Source: Cyanophyceae cyanobacterium (GTDB lineage: Bacteria > Cyanobacteriota > Cyanobacteriia > Cyanobacteriales > Laspinemataceae). From it: a stretch of 64,000 nucleotides of DNA. A model generated the notes under the pieces. That model ran no database searches. It was not told the DNA's origin and saw nothing but the letters and a program-made list of their open reading frames with translations. The DNA is taken from the NCBI GenBank assembly GCA_038321985.1, contig JBBQFN010000006.1:64001-128000 (forward strand). The letters are read 5' to 3'. Position numbers and translations under genes: made by a program. This document shows positions 1 to 9,495 of the stretch, one piece after another (within the stretch, counting starts at the first letter, position 1; each line of letters opens with the position of its first letter).

Positions 1-3
1 TCA

Positions 4-438
4 TTAAGACCAATCTCGAACCATTTTCTTAAGTTCAATAATATTAACTTCTGATGAAGCAATCATTTTACGAGTAAATTTTTCCAAATAAACACTACTA
101 TTTTTAACGACTACAAATAAATTTTTATAGCCTTCTAACCCCTTTTTTTCATGATTAATGCTTTCTTCCAAGATACTTTCCACTGAATGCTTATAGCTGT
201 CTTTCATTGTAGAAATTCTCAGGCTAGGATGCCCCTCTAAACCCGTGATAATTTCCCCAACTTGTTGGGCGTAAGTTAAAGATTCCAGTGCTTGGGCTTG
301 AAAAAAATTAACGATAGGAATCCGATTGGGTCCGGTTACCATTAGGGAATAGTGGGTATAACGCACCACCCCAGCGAGTTCAAACTCCATAACATGATTA
401 AGTAAGTCAATTGTGGCTTCCAGGTTAAGTTCTTTCAT
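4..438 (-). CDS. Ferritin-like (bacterioferritin/DPS-like) protein, diverged second copy
   Basis: 144 aa, colinear with 617..1051 (shared MEFELAGVVRYTHYSLMVTGPNRIPIV). His/Glu ligand positions are altered. Confidence 0.85.
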   Translation of the reverse strand: MKELNLEATIDLLNHVMEFELAGVVRYTHYSLMVTGPNRIPIVNFFQAQALESLTYAQQVGEIITGLEGHPSLRISTMKDSYKHSVESILEESINHEKKGLEGYKNLFVVVKNSSVYLEKFTRKMIASSEVNIIELKKMVRDWS

Positions 439-616
439 TTTTTACTTTATATTCTCGAATGAGTAAGTAGATGAATCTTAAAAACTCTCGGTTTTCCCAT
501 CTAAACTAAAGGAAAACTGATAGTTTGAACCCGTTGCACCACCGGACAGAAGTTTGACAACTCCGGAAGGCGGTGCGGGGTAAGGAGTAGAGTGAAGGAG
601 GCGATCGCCGGTTAAA

Positions 617-1051
617 TTAGATAAAATCCCGCAACATTTTTTTAATTTCTATGTTGTGCATTTCTTCTTGTCCAATTTGAGTCCGAGCAAATTCTTCCAA
701 ATACACGCTGGCATTTTCTACGGTATGTAGTAATTCTTTGTACATATCCAGGGCTCTTTTCTCGTGATTGAGACTTTCCTCTAAGATGTCACGAAGCGAA
801 TGGCGATCGCTTTCTTCAATTGGTGCAATTCTCAAGCTGGGATGTCCTTCTAACCCGGTAATAATTTCTCCCACCTGTTGAGCGTGAGTGAGGGATTCCG
901 CTGCTTGAGCTTGAAAAAAGCTGACGATGGGAATCCGATTCGGGCCAGTTACCATCAGGGAATAATGGGTATAGCGTACCACGCCAGCTAACTCAAATTC
1001 CATTAGGGTATTGAGCAAATCAATGGTTTTTGGAAGGTCAAGCTCTCTCAT
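617..1051 (-). CDS. Ferritin-like (bacterioferritin/DPS-like) protein
   Basis: Four-helix ferritin pattern with Glu/His motifs FELAG, ESLTH, NHEKR and EEMH. Confidence 0.88.
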   Translation of the reverse strand: MRELDLPKTIDLLNTLMEFELAGVVRYTHYSLMVTGPNRIPIVSFFQAQAAESLTHAQQVGEIITGLEGHPSLRIAPIEESDRHSLRDILEESLNHEKRALDMYKELLHTVENASVYLEEFARTQIGQEEMHNIEIKKMLRDFI

Positions 1052-1512
1052 ATAGTTTCCGATAGTTTCAGATGGGTTTAGTTATTTGAGCATTTTTTGG
1101 ACTGAATTATCAAGTAGGGATTTCCCTGCCGCGACGAGTTATTGGTTACGGGCATCTGAAAAAAATTACCAACCTGCAATAATTAACGGTTGTTGACCGT
1201 GGCAGCAGGCAATCTCAAGGGGATCAAGTTCAGCTTTTTTGAGGAGCGATAGGCTTATCAAAATAATTAACCTTTGATATCCTCCCAGGGATGGATAATT
1301 AAACTGGATAAAGGATTTTATATCTAATCTGCTACCACAATTTTAATAAATTTAACCGGGTTGCGCTAAAAATTAGGGTTTCATAACTTACCCGGAAAGG
1401 AAAGAAAAAAATCTACAATTTTTGGCCGATTGAAAGGAGAGAAAATTAAGGTAAAAATCCTTACTTCGTCAGCTTTTCAAGCTCTTTACCCATCTATTAA
1501 AACTCAGAACCT

Positions 1513-1530
1513 TATCCCCTAGGAGGGCAT
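1513..1530. promoter_or_regulatory. Candidate CsoR/RcnR-family (InrS-like) operator
   Basis: TAT-CCCCTAGGAGGG-CAT: C-tract and G-tract flanked by AT triplets, upstream of a Ni/Co uptake cluster. Confidence 0.45.
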
Positions 1531-1667
1531 TGTAAAATTTTTTAAAACGCGGTTTCCTATTGATAGGGGAGCGATCGCATCTCGTCCTTAATCGGGGAAA
1601 ACCTCGCAGTTCTTCCCAATCAGGCCATTGCGATCGCCTCAGCTAATCATCCCTTAAAATTTAAAAA

Positions 1668-2546
1668 ATGAAGAAAAATTTAATCATTTTAGCCTTTTTA
1701 GCCGGAGTGGTGCCAACTCTACTCCTCGGATGCGCGGAAAATGACACCCCCCTCACTGCAACTCCTGAACCAGTCGCCACAGAACCCACCCCAACGGCAA
1801 CTCCTGACACTCAAACAACTCCAGGAGAAACCGGAATGCTTCAAATTGTTGCCAATGGGGAGGACTTTGTGCGCGAAGGCTTTACCTCCAAAGATGGCTG
1901 GAACATCACCTTTAATCATGTTTACGCCAGCTTAGGGGAAGTCACTGCCTATCAAACCCAACCCCCCTATAATCCCGAAGCGGGCGGTTCCCTCAACCCT
2001 ACAGAACAAGTCCGAGTGGAGGGAGTCAAAACGGTAGACTTGGCGGCTAGTCCAGAAAGCCCCACCCCAGTGATTGCAGAAGTCCCAGCACCTCCGGGTC
2101 AATATAACGCCCTCTCCTGGAAAATGGTCGAGGCAACAGAAGGCCCTGCGGCAGGCTATCCCCTGATGATGGACGGGAGGGCCGAAAAAGACGGGCAAAC
2201 CGTTGCCTTTGTGATCAAACTCGATCGCGAAATGACTTTTACCTGTGGGGAGTTTGTCGGGGATGAACGTAAAGGCATCGTCTCCCCGGGAAGTCAGGGC
2301 CAGTTAGAAGCGACCTTCCATTTTGATCACTTGTTTGGGGATGCCCAGTCACCGGCAGACGATGAAATGAACGTCGAGGCCCTGGGATTTGAGCCGATCG
2401 CCGCTTTATCCTCCGGGGATCAGGTGGATCTGAATACCTCGCAACTCCAGCAAGCCCTCATCCCCCAAGATTATCAAACTCTGCAAACCCTCCTCCCTTC
2501 TTTGGGACACGTCGGGGAAGGTCATTGCCAGGAATCTGCGTCATGA
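1668..2546 (+). CDS. Lipoprotein, DUF4382-like, probable metal-binding component of the ECF cluster
   Basis: Lipobox LLLG-C, Pro/Thr linker, His/Cys motifs HFDHLFGD and GHVGEGHC. First gene of the cluster. Confidence 0.75.
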   Translation: MKKNLIILAFLAGVVPTLLLGCAENDTPLTATPEPVATEPTPTATPDTQTTPGETGMLQIVANGEDFVREGFTSKDGWNITFNHVYASLGEVTAYQTQPPYNPEAGGSLNPTEQVRVEGVKTVDLAASPESPTPVIAEVPAPPGQYNALSWKMVEATEGPAAGYPLMMDGRAEKDGQTVAFVIKLDREMTFTCGEFVGDERKGIVSPGSQGQLEATFHFDHLFGDAQSPADDEMNVEALGFEPIAALSSGDQVDLNTSQLQQALIPQDYQTLQTLLPSLGHVGEGHCQESAS

Positions 2547-3166
2547 TGATAGACAGCCTGACCCTGCCACCCTTGCGGGAGAAACCTCTACTCAGGGATC
2601 GAAATTTAACTATGATGAATCGACGTATCACCCCAACCGCTGCGAAGGCAGTCCTCTGGGCGCTTGCCAGTGGGCTATTTGCCTGGACCCTCGGGAATCC
2701 TCTACCGGCGATCGCTCATGGGGTTCAACTTAAACATCAGACCCTTGAAGCCGTGGAGATTCAAGCCGTTTACGATAATGGCAACCCCATGTCGAATGCC
2801 CAAGTGACCGTTTATGCACCAACCGATCCCCAAACTCCCTGGCGGCAAGGGACTGCCGACGAAAACGGTCGGTTTTTATTTGCCCCTGACCCCTCTTTAT
2901 CCGGAGATTGGGCGGTTCGAGTCCGGCAAGGGGGTCACGGGACAATCCTCAATTTAGCGATCGCCTCCCCCAATTCTAATGGGGTTCAAAACAGCCCCTC
3001 CCGTTCTGGCCCTCTCATTTCCCCCAGTACATCTGTCAACCCCCTTCCGACAGGCTTGGCGATCGCATCCGGGGTTTGGGGATTTGTCGGGACTGCCCTG
3101 TTTTTTTCCCGGTTTAACGGCAACTCGGGAGGAGGAACCCCCAAGGAAGAAGACTCCGTTGCCTAA
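2543..3166 (+). CDS. Exported, membrane-anchored accessory protein of Ni/Co ECF transporter (carboxypeptidase regulatory-like fold; CbiL/NikL-like)
   Basis: Signal peptide ending AIA|HG, beta-sandwich-like core, C-terminal TM helix. Start is 2543 (ATGA overlap) or 2612. Confidence 0.7.
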   Translation: MMIDSLTLPPLREKPLLRDRNLTMMNRRITPTAAKAVLWALASGLFAWTLGNPLPAIAHGVQLKHQTLEAVEIQAVYDNGNPMSNAQVTVYAPTDPQTPWRQGTADENGRFLFAPDPSLSGDWAVRVRQGGHGTILNLAIASPNSNGVQNSPSRSGPLISPSTSVNPLPTGLAIASGVWGFVGTALFFSRFNGNSGGGTPKEEDSVA

Positions 3167-3227
3167 TTATCTATCTCCCTTAATATAAATTCTGTCCTCT
3201 GGCATTCTCCCTTTTCGGTTTGATTAA

Positions 3228-3869
3228 ATGCATATTCCCGATGGTATTCTCCCAGCTAGTCTTTGTATCGCCGGTTATGGTGCAACCGGGGCAGCCACTT
3301 GGTATTCCCTGCGCCAAATTCATCGCGATCGCAACCCCCAAGCCCAAATTCCCAAGGCATCCTTACTCACCGCTGCTTTTTTCGTCGCCTCTTGGATTAA
3401 CATTCCCGTCCCTCCCGTCAGCGTACATCTAGTTCTCAATGGACTCTTAGGCACTGTCCTTGGTTATTATGCCTTTCCCGCTATTCTGATTGGGTTATTT
3501 TTTCAAGCGATTATGTTTGGTCATGGTGGACTGACTACCCTGGGAGTCAATGCCATTATGATGGGAATTCCCGCCCTGATTGCTCACCAAGTCTTTCAGA
3601 TGCGCCATTGGTTTAAACCGCGCCCGGGAAAGATTACCACCAGTTTGTTTGCCTTTCTAGCGGGTGCGGTTGGGTTAGGGCTGGCTGCGGCCATCTTTTT
3701 CATTCTCGTCATCACTACTATTTCCGGGGAATTAGATGTCGCAATGGAAAAAAATGCCATTTATGGACTCATGCTAGCTCACATTCCCTTGATGTTGATT
3801 GAAGGAGTGTTTACGGCAATGTTAGTAGCCTTTCTCCAACGGGTTAAACCCGAACTTATCCGGGATTGA
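3228..3869 (+). CDS. cbiM: Ni/Co ECF transporter S-component (CbiM/NikM family)
   Basis: N-terminal MHIPDG metal-binding motif, SVHL motif, GHGGLTTLGVN, multiple TM helices. Confidence 0.93.
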   Translation: MHIPDGILPASLCIAGYGATGAATWYSLRQIHRDRNPQAQIPKASLLTAAFFVASWINIPVPPVSVHLVLNGLLGTVLGYYAFPAILIGLFFQAIMFGHGGLTTLGVNAIMMGIPALIAHQVFQMRHWFKPRPGKITTSLFAFLAGAVGLGLAAAIFFILVITTISGELDVAMEKNAIYGLMLAHIPLMLIEGVFTAMLVAFLQRVKPELIRD

Positions 3870-3916
3870 GGGGTTGCAGTTGTCCAATTTAGGATATATA
3901 GCTGGCAATTGGAATA

Positions 3917-3941
3917 GTAGCGAGGGAGACTCTCACACTCC
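3917..3941 (+). repeat. GTAG-type short palindromic dispersed repeat (degenerate)
   Basis: GTAGCGAGGGAGACTCTCACACTCC, similar to 7305..7329 and to the reverse complement of 60876..60900. Confidence 0.5.
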
Positions 3942-3994
3942 AAATTGGAACAATACTGAAAACTGATTTATAACCGCTTTTAAAAGGAAACGGA

Positions 3995-4771
3995 ATGAAA
4001 TTTAGACTAGACGATTATGCCCATTTAGAATCACCCTTGCATCAGTGGGAACCCCGATGTAAATTAATTGGGTTGATGGGATTAATTTTTGCTTTTGCGA
4101 TGGTGCGGGATCAGCGATTACTTCTTCCCATGTTAGGAGTCAGTGCGGGAATTTATGCCCTATCTGAACTCCCGATTTCTTACTGGCGGAGTCGATTGCG
4201 TTATCCAGGATTTTTTCTGGTGGGAGTTGTAGGATTCTTGCCTTTTATTTCAGGAAATACTGTGCTACTTGAAGTGGGACCGCTTGCCTTGTACAGGGAA
4301 GGTACTCTAACCATGATTGCGATCGCCAGTCGGTTTTTAGCCATTATTACCCTGTCCTTGGTTTTGTTTGGTACAGCTTCTTTTTTAACCACAATTAGAA
4401 CCCTGCGATCGCTCGGACTTTCTCCAATTTTAACAGATATGATGGTGCTGTTTTACCGTTATTTATTTGAAGTTAGCGATCGCCTCCGGACCATGCAATC
4501 TGCTATGAGGTTGCGGGGATTTAAACCCACCCGCCCCACCCCTACCGCTTTAAAAACATTTGCCTCCGTTGCCGGAACTCTGTTAGTGCAGAGTTATGAG
4601 CAATCCGAACGGATTTATCAAGCAATGCGATTGCGGGGTTACGGTCAAAAAACCGTTCTTTACCAAAGTCAGCCTTGGCGAACAACAGATGTAGTCGCTT
4701 TGGGATTTGTTCTCACCCTTGCCGCTACTTTTATCGCCGCTGAATTTTTGCTATCTTCCAGTTTTTTATAA
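3995..4771 (+). CDS. cbiQ: Ni/Co ECF transporter T-component
   Basis: SPLHQWEPRCKL N-terminus, two AMRLRG coupling motifs, TM helices. Confidence 0.93.
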   Translation: MKFRLDDYAHLESPLHQWEPRCKLIGLMGLIFAFAMVRDQRLLLPMLGVSAGIYALSELPISYWRSRLRYPGFFLVGVVGFLPFISGNTVLLEVGPLALYREGTLTMIAIASRFLAIITLSLVLFGTASFLTTIRTLRSLGLSPILTDMMVLFYRYLFEVSDRLRTMQSAMRLRGFKPTRPTPTALKTFASVAGTLLVQSYEQSERIYQAMRLRGYGQKTVLYQSQPWRTTDVVALGFVLTLAATFIAAEFLLSSSFL

Positions 4772-5728
4772 GTTGAATTTACGCGCTGCTTCTTGATACA
4801 AGGATAAAGCTAAATCTCGGATTATTTCTTCATCCTCAAAACTATCGCCAAATTTAGTTTTCGCCATTTCAATACAGGTTTTCATGACCTCAGAGGAGCG
4901 ATCTAGATGTTGGGCGATCGCCAAAATTTCTGCATCTTCCCTGAGAGGGATATCTGGAATTTTTATTTCTACTACCTTTGTTCTTTCCACTTCCTCCGAA
5001 AAACCAGCCGCAACAATCCCCGCTGGCAACGCAAACAATCCAATCCCGATAAAGGCAAGAGCTGATCCAAATAATTTACCCAAAGGAGTTACGGGATATA
5101 CATCCCCATAACCTACCGTCGTTAACGTCACAACTCCCCACCACATCGCCGCAGGAATACTCGGAAAAGCCTCAGGCTGTTCCTGACTTTCTGCAAAAAA
5201 CATCAAACTTGAGGCAAAAATTAGTAAAATGAAGACCGTAAATAAGGTCATAATTAATTCATTCTTTTTAGAATCAATCACCCGAATAATGGTTTGGAGG
5301 GATTCCGAATATCGAATTAATTTAAGCAGCCGCAACAGGCGAAAAACATTAGTAAATTTTATAGATCGAATAGAAGGAAATAATAGCATTAAATAAAAGG
5401 GCAAAATTGCGACTAAATCAATCACGACTAACGGCGTCATCGCATAACGCAAGCGTCCCCAGAAGGGATGAGCGTATCGGGAATCCACGGTACAAGACCA
5501 AAGTTGTACAATATATAATAAAGTAAAGCAGGTCACGGCCAAAACTTCGATTTCATTAACAAACAACTTAAAATTAGAGGAAATAAAGGCGGAAGTTTCT
5601 AAAATAAAGGCCGTAACGTCTAAAATGACTAACAGGCTAACGGACCAGTCATCAACTTGACTTAATAAATCATTAGAATCAGAGGATTCTAGAATTCCAT
5701 AAACTCTAGCTTTTAGGGATTGGCTCAT
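4766..5728 (-). CDS. Voltage-gated-type 6TM potassium channel
   Basis: Selectivity filter TTVGYGD, pore helix AMWWGVVT, Arg-rich S4 FRLLRLLKLIRY. Confidence 0.93.
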   Translation of the reverse strand: MSQSLKARVYGILESSDSNDLLSQVDDWSVSLLVILDVTAFILETSAFISSNFKLFVNEIEVLAVTCFTLLYIVQLWSCTVDSRYAHPFWGRLRYAMTPLVVIDLVAILPFYLMLLFPSIRSIKFTNVFRLLRLLKLIRYSESLQTIIRVIDSKKNELIMTLFTVFILLIFASSLMFFAESQEQPEAFPSIPAAMWWGVVTLTTVGYGDVYPVTPLGKLFGSALAFIGIGLFALPAGIVAAGFSEEVERTKVVEIKIPDIPLREDAEILAIAQHLDRSSEVMKTCIEMAKTKFGDSFEDEEIIRDLALSLYQEAARKFNL

Positions 5729-5779
5729 GATGTTTTATTTAGCTCATGACGCTTAAAAATTTATCCACACTACTGGAAA

Positions 5780-6622
5780 ATGGTATCATATTCGATGAAA
5801 GAACAGATAGAACCCTTAATTTCAGACAATCTTTCCGGCAATCTTTTAGAAGTCTCACCAAACTCTACTACTGCCGGACTTAGGAATGTGGCGATCACAA
5901 CCCATCAGTTGTGCTTTTCCTATCCCGACAAAGCTGATGTTTTACAAGATGTAACGCTGCGAATTCATACCGGCGATCGCGTGGGACTGATTGGGTCCAA
6001 TGGTGCAGGTAAAACCAGTTTATTTTTATCGATTTGTGGCATTCTCAAGCCAGTTTCAGGCCAAATCAGCCTCTTCGACTCCCCCGTAATCCCGGGAGAA
6101 TTCCACCCTGAAATTGGTTTAGTTTTTCAAAACCCCAATGATCAGCTATTCTCTGCTTCCGTCTGGGATGATGTCGCCTTTGGACCCCAAAACATGGGAC
6201 TTTCCGGGTCAGAACTTGGAGATCGGGTTAGAACCGCCCTCGACTTGACGGGAGTGCGGGAACTAGAAACTCGTCCTTCTCACCATCTGTCGGGGGGACA
6301 AAAGCGGATGGTGGCGATCGCTACAGTTCTGGCCATGCGTCCCCAGGTTATCCTCTATGATGAACCCAGCGCTAACCTGGATTTGCGAGCACGTCGGCGT
6401 CTAATCCGCTTTTTGCAGGCATCCCAGGAAACCATACTCATTTCCTCTCACGACTTAGAACTCATACTCGAAGTGTGCGATCGGGTCATTTTGATGGACG
6501 AAGGACGCATCATCACCACGGGTACCCCTGATACAGTCATGGCAGACGCATCCCTAATGGAAGCACATGGGTTGGAAAAACCCCACTCCCTCCTCCTCCA
6601 TCGACACCCTCAGCGCCCCTAA
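5780..6622 (+). CDS. cbiO: ECF transporter ATPase
   Basis: Walker A GSNGAGKT, FQNPNDQLF Q-loop, LSGGQKR signature, DEPSANLD, SHD. Confidence 0.92.
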   Translation: MVSYSMKEQIEPLISDNLSGNLLEVSPNSTTAGLRNVAITTHQLCFSYPDKADVLQDVTLRIHTGDRVGLIGSNGAGKTSLFLSICGILKPVSGQISLFDSPVIPGEFHPEIGLVFQNPNDQLFSASVWDDVAFGPQNMGLSGSELGDRVRTALDLTGVRELETRPSHHLSGGQKRMVAIATVLAMRPQVILYDEPSANLDLRARRRLIRFLQASQETILISSHDLELILEVCDRVILMDEGRIITTGTPDTVMADASLMEAHGLEKPHSLLLHRHPQRP

Positions 6623-6850
6623 TCAGGCATAATTTAGGGCAACCGGCATCAGAGGCGATCGCCCTGTTTATATAAATTTTCTGTTTCCACCCAAAGGAAA
6701 CCCCCCAAAATAGCTTGACCTGTGTATAACGATTCCTTGATCCTCTATTCCATGCGGATTTCCATTCCCAAGACCGAATATTCAATCGTCCAAGCACAAG
6801 GCAATCTTTACCTGTATCATATCCTTTAGCTTATCCTAGGAGACCTGCTC

Positions 6851-7204
6851 ATGAATCTGGTTAGTCTGCTCATTACCTGGCTAGTGACCGCAGTCAGCTT
6901 GTTTATTATTTCTAAACTCCCCACCGGCGTAGAGATAGATGGATTTAACAAAGCCTTACTTTCCGCTGCCGTTTTTGGAATTTTAAACGCTCTAATCCGG
7001 CCAATTTTAGTAGTTTTGACCTTACCCATTAATTTTCTCACATTGGGTCTATTCAGCCTCATTATCAATGCCATTATTTTTGGACTTGCCGCTTGGTTAG
7101 TCACAGGGTTTCGCCTACGCTGGGGATTTTGGAGTGCCCTCATTGGCACCTTAGCCCTTAGCTTTATCAACTCTCTCTTGTTTAGTCTGGTGGGAAATCT
7201 TTAA
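6851..7204 (+). CDS. Phage holin family 4 / YvlD-like membrane protein
   Basis: 4-TM protein with LNALIRPILVVLTLPINFLTLGLF signature and a GGAGA RBS. Confidence 0.88.
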   Translation: MNLVSLLITWLVTAVSLFIISKLPTGVEIDGFNKALLSAAVFGILNALIRPILVVLTLPINFLTLGLFSLIINAIIFGLAAWLVTGFRLRWGFWSALIGTLALSFINSLLFSLVGNL

Positions 7205-7304
7205 GTCTGGAACTGAAAAATTTATTTGCATATATTGCTGCTAAATTTCCCCAGTACCCAAAGCGATCGCCTTTACCTGGACTTAAAATAAAGATAATGT
7301 AGGA

Positions 7305-7329
7305 GTAGGGAGCGAGAGGCTCCCACTCC
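7305..7329 (+). repeat. GTAG-type short palindromic dispersed repeat
   Basis: GTAGGGAGCGAGAGGCTCCCACTCC with a GGGAGC/GCTCCC stem, between convergent genes. Confidence 0.55.
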
Positions 7330-7385
7330 CTGAAAAATTATCAAAACCCTTTAGGATGCGGAGTTATTTAGGGAAAAATATTTCT

Positions 7386-8204
7386 TTAATCCTGCTGATT
7401 AGAAAACTTACGCGCCCCGACAATAGATAACCCCAAAGCGGCGATCGCCAAGACCACAATACTATACCAGGGAAACTGCTTCATATCGTAAGCGGCCGCC
7501 CTTAATCCAATACTTGTATAGGTCAAAGGCAATAGGTAAACTATGACTTTTAAGGCCGGAGGCAGTTGACTTGGCTCAAAAAAAGTTGCCCCTAAAAAAG
7601 ACATCGGAACAATAATAAAGTTGTTATAAATTCCCACACTTTCTAAGGATTTTACGGTTAATCCAACTAATACTCCCAATCCTGAAAAGACTGCACAGTT
7701 GAGAACCAACAACAGTAAAAATAACGGATTGAGGAAACTCCAAATTTTGCCGGTAAATAGAATAGCCACGAGGATGACTGAACCCGATGTCATTAATCCT
7801 CTTAAAATTCCCGCCATCATTTTCCCCAAGTACAAAGAGAGGGGATGAATCGGCAGGAGTAGCATTTCTTCAAAGTTTTTAGTAAACAAGCGTTCCCCAC
7901 AAATGGAAAACACGGTGCCTCCAAAGCTAATCGTCATGGAGGAAAGGGCGACCATACCAGGTAACAGGAATTCTAGGTAACTATTCCCCATTCCCGATCG
8001 CATGGTGTTTCCCAATCCTAAGCCAAATGCTAAAATGTAAATCAGAGGGGAGACCAGTCCCGAGGCGGCGACTTGTACTACTCGCACCCGCAAATCTAGC
8101 CAGTCTCCCCATAAAATGGTGACGCTATCCTCCCACAGGGTAGAAATCGGCGATCGCAGTCGCCTAGAAGTTGCTTCCGATTTTAGTCTGAGTTCAGATG
8201 CCAC
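7386..8204 (-). CDS. ABC-2 type exporter permease (no adjacent ATPase)
   Basis: YLEFLLPGMVA, FEEMLLLP, FLGATFF and LLPLTY motifs. Confidence 0.88.
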   Translation of the reverse strand: MASELRLKSEATSRRLRSPISTLWEDSVTILWGDWLDLRVRVVQVAASGLVSPLIYILAFGLGLGNTMRSGMGNSYLEFLLPGMVALSSMTISFGGTVFSICGERLFTKNFEEMLLLPIHPLSLYLGKMMAGILRGLMTSGSVILVAILFTGKIWSFLNPLFLLLLVLNCAVFSGLGVLVGLTVKSLESVGIYNNFIIVPMSFLGATFFEPSQLPPALKVIVYLLPLTYTSIGLRAAAYDMKQFPWYSIVVLAIAALGLSIVGARKFSNQQD

Positions 8205-8387
8205 GATACTTGCTTATTTTCTTAATTTTGCTTTGGGCTTTTTACCGGCGAGTTCTTCCTCGCTCAACCCAGTATAGCCTATTATAAACCTGTCTTATAA
8301 AAAAAGGAAGCTGGTTAAATTCCAGCTTACCTTTAGGTGTATTTTTAAAGATAGAGAGACCCGAGGCGGCCACCCTATTTTGTAACC

Positions 8388-8609
8388 TTACAAGACTTCA
8401 ACCCATTTATTTCGAGAAGCAAAACCGGATTTAATCACAATGGCAGATTTGCGCACCTCGAACTTATCTGCTAACAGGTTGATTAACTCCTCATTTGCTT
8501 TGCCATCCACCGGAGGGGATTTCAGTCGAACTGTCAAACTACCATCAGGTTCTTCCGTAATCTGCTGTTGCTTAGAATTCGGTTTAACTTTGACTTGGTA
8601 TAAAGGCAT
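8388..8609 (-). CDS. DUF167 (YggU/UPF0235) protein
   Basis: [20 protein letters not shown] and GFASRNK signature. Confidence 0.92.
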   Translation of the reverse strand: MPLYQVKVKPNSKQQQITEEPDGSLTVRLKSPPVDGKANEELINLLADKFEVRKSAIVIKSGFASRNKWVEVL

Positions 8610-8611
8610 GA

Positions 8612-9052
8612 TTAAGCAACAACAGGACTATCCATGTGATCCAACGCCGATCGCGCGGCGACTAAATCATAAGGAATCCGAGGTTTCATTGGGCGATAAT
8701 CTCGAAGATTGGGGGGTCCATTTCGCCACACGGCATTCACAACGAGACAGGGTTCATTGCTGAAATTAATGGCACTATGGGGAACCCCAGGAGGAATCGT
8801 GACCACTGCCGGATAGCGATCGCTCAAGGGAATATAGCGATAGTGGCGATTCTGTAACACTACTAACACAAAACTGCCCCGTACCACCAGCAGTTGATCG
8901 GTCTGAAAACGGTGGACAAATAAATCATCACAGGCCCCCGCTTTCACCTGGACTAATATGGTTTCATGACTGGACTGAGGGGTATAAAACTCACTCATTC
9001 CAGACTGCATGGTTTCTAAAAGTCGGATTTTAACAGACTGAGTTAAACTCAT
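8612..9052 (-). CDS. Cupin, dTDP-4-dehydrorhamnose 3,5-epimerase-like
   Basis: Cupin motifs FVHRFQTD and [11 protein letters not shown]. Stop lies 2 nt before the DUF167 start. Confidence 0.78.
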   Translation of the reverse strand: MSLTQSVKIRLLETMQSGMSEFYTPQSSHETILVQVKAGACDDLFVHRFQTDQLLVVRGSFVLVVLQNRHYRYIPLSDRYPAVVTIPPGVPHSAINFSNEPCLVVNAVWRNGPPNLRDYRPMKPRIPYDLVAARSALDHMDSPVVA

Positions 9053-9187
9053 GGATTTTCCTACATCTGGTTTCTTATGATTCTGATTATGACGCGGCTG
9101 TTAATAAATTTTTGTAAATATCGTCACTAACTTGACAAAAATATGGTATAGAACGCTGCAAAGCACCTAAAATAACAGGAATCAGTC

Positions 9188-9415
9188 ATGACCCAAAAAC
9201 ATCCCGATCCCCAGCGTCCCTCAGATTTCACAGGATGGATTGTCCGATTTATTTGTGGGGCGATCGCTGGAATATTTATTGCCATATTCTTTTTCTGGGA
9301 TGGGATGACTGCCGGAGGTGCGATCGCCTGGAGTTTAGGATTGGGCAGCCTATTTGGGGTCTGTGCCGCCCAATGGGGCGATCGCTTTTGGCACTTCCTG
9401 GGACGATGGTTTTAA
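9188..9415 (+). CDS. Small 2-TM hypothetical protein
   Basis: AGGA RBS, two hydrophobic helices, C-terminal GDRFW. Confidence 0.65.
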   Translation: MTQKHPDPQRPSDFTGWIVRFICGAIAGIFIAIFFFWDGMTAGGAIAWSLGLGSLFGVCAAQWGDRFWHFLGRWF

Positions 9416-9495
9416 TGAGATCTGCACCCCCGATTAAAACCCACCCAGGCAAGAGCACCTTTGCGGGTTGGGGAAATTTTCACAAAGGATAGCCC

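Noticed and set aside
6851..7204. Holin as evidence of a prophage
   Set aside because: The YvlD-like family is commonly chromosomal, and no phage genes are nearby.
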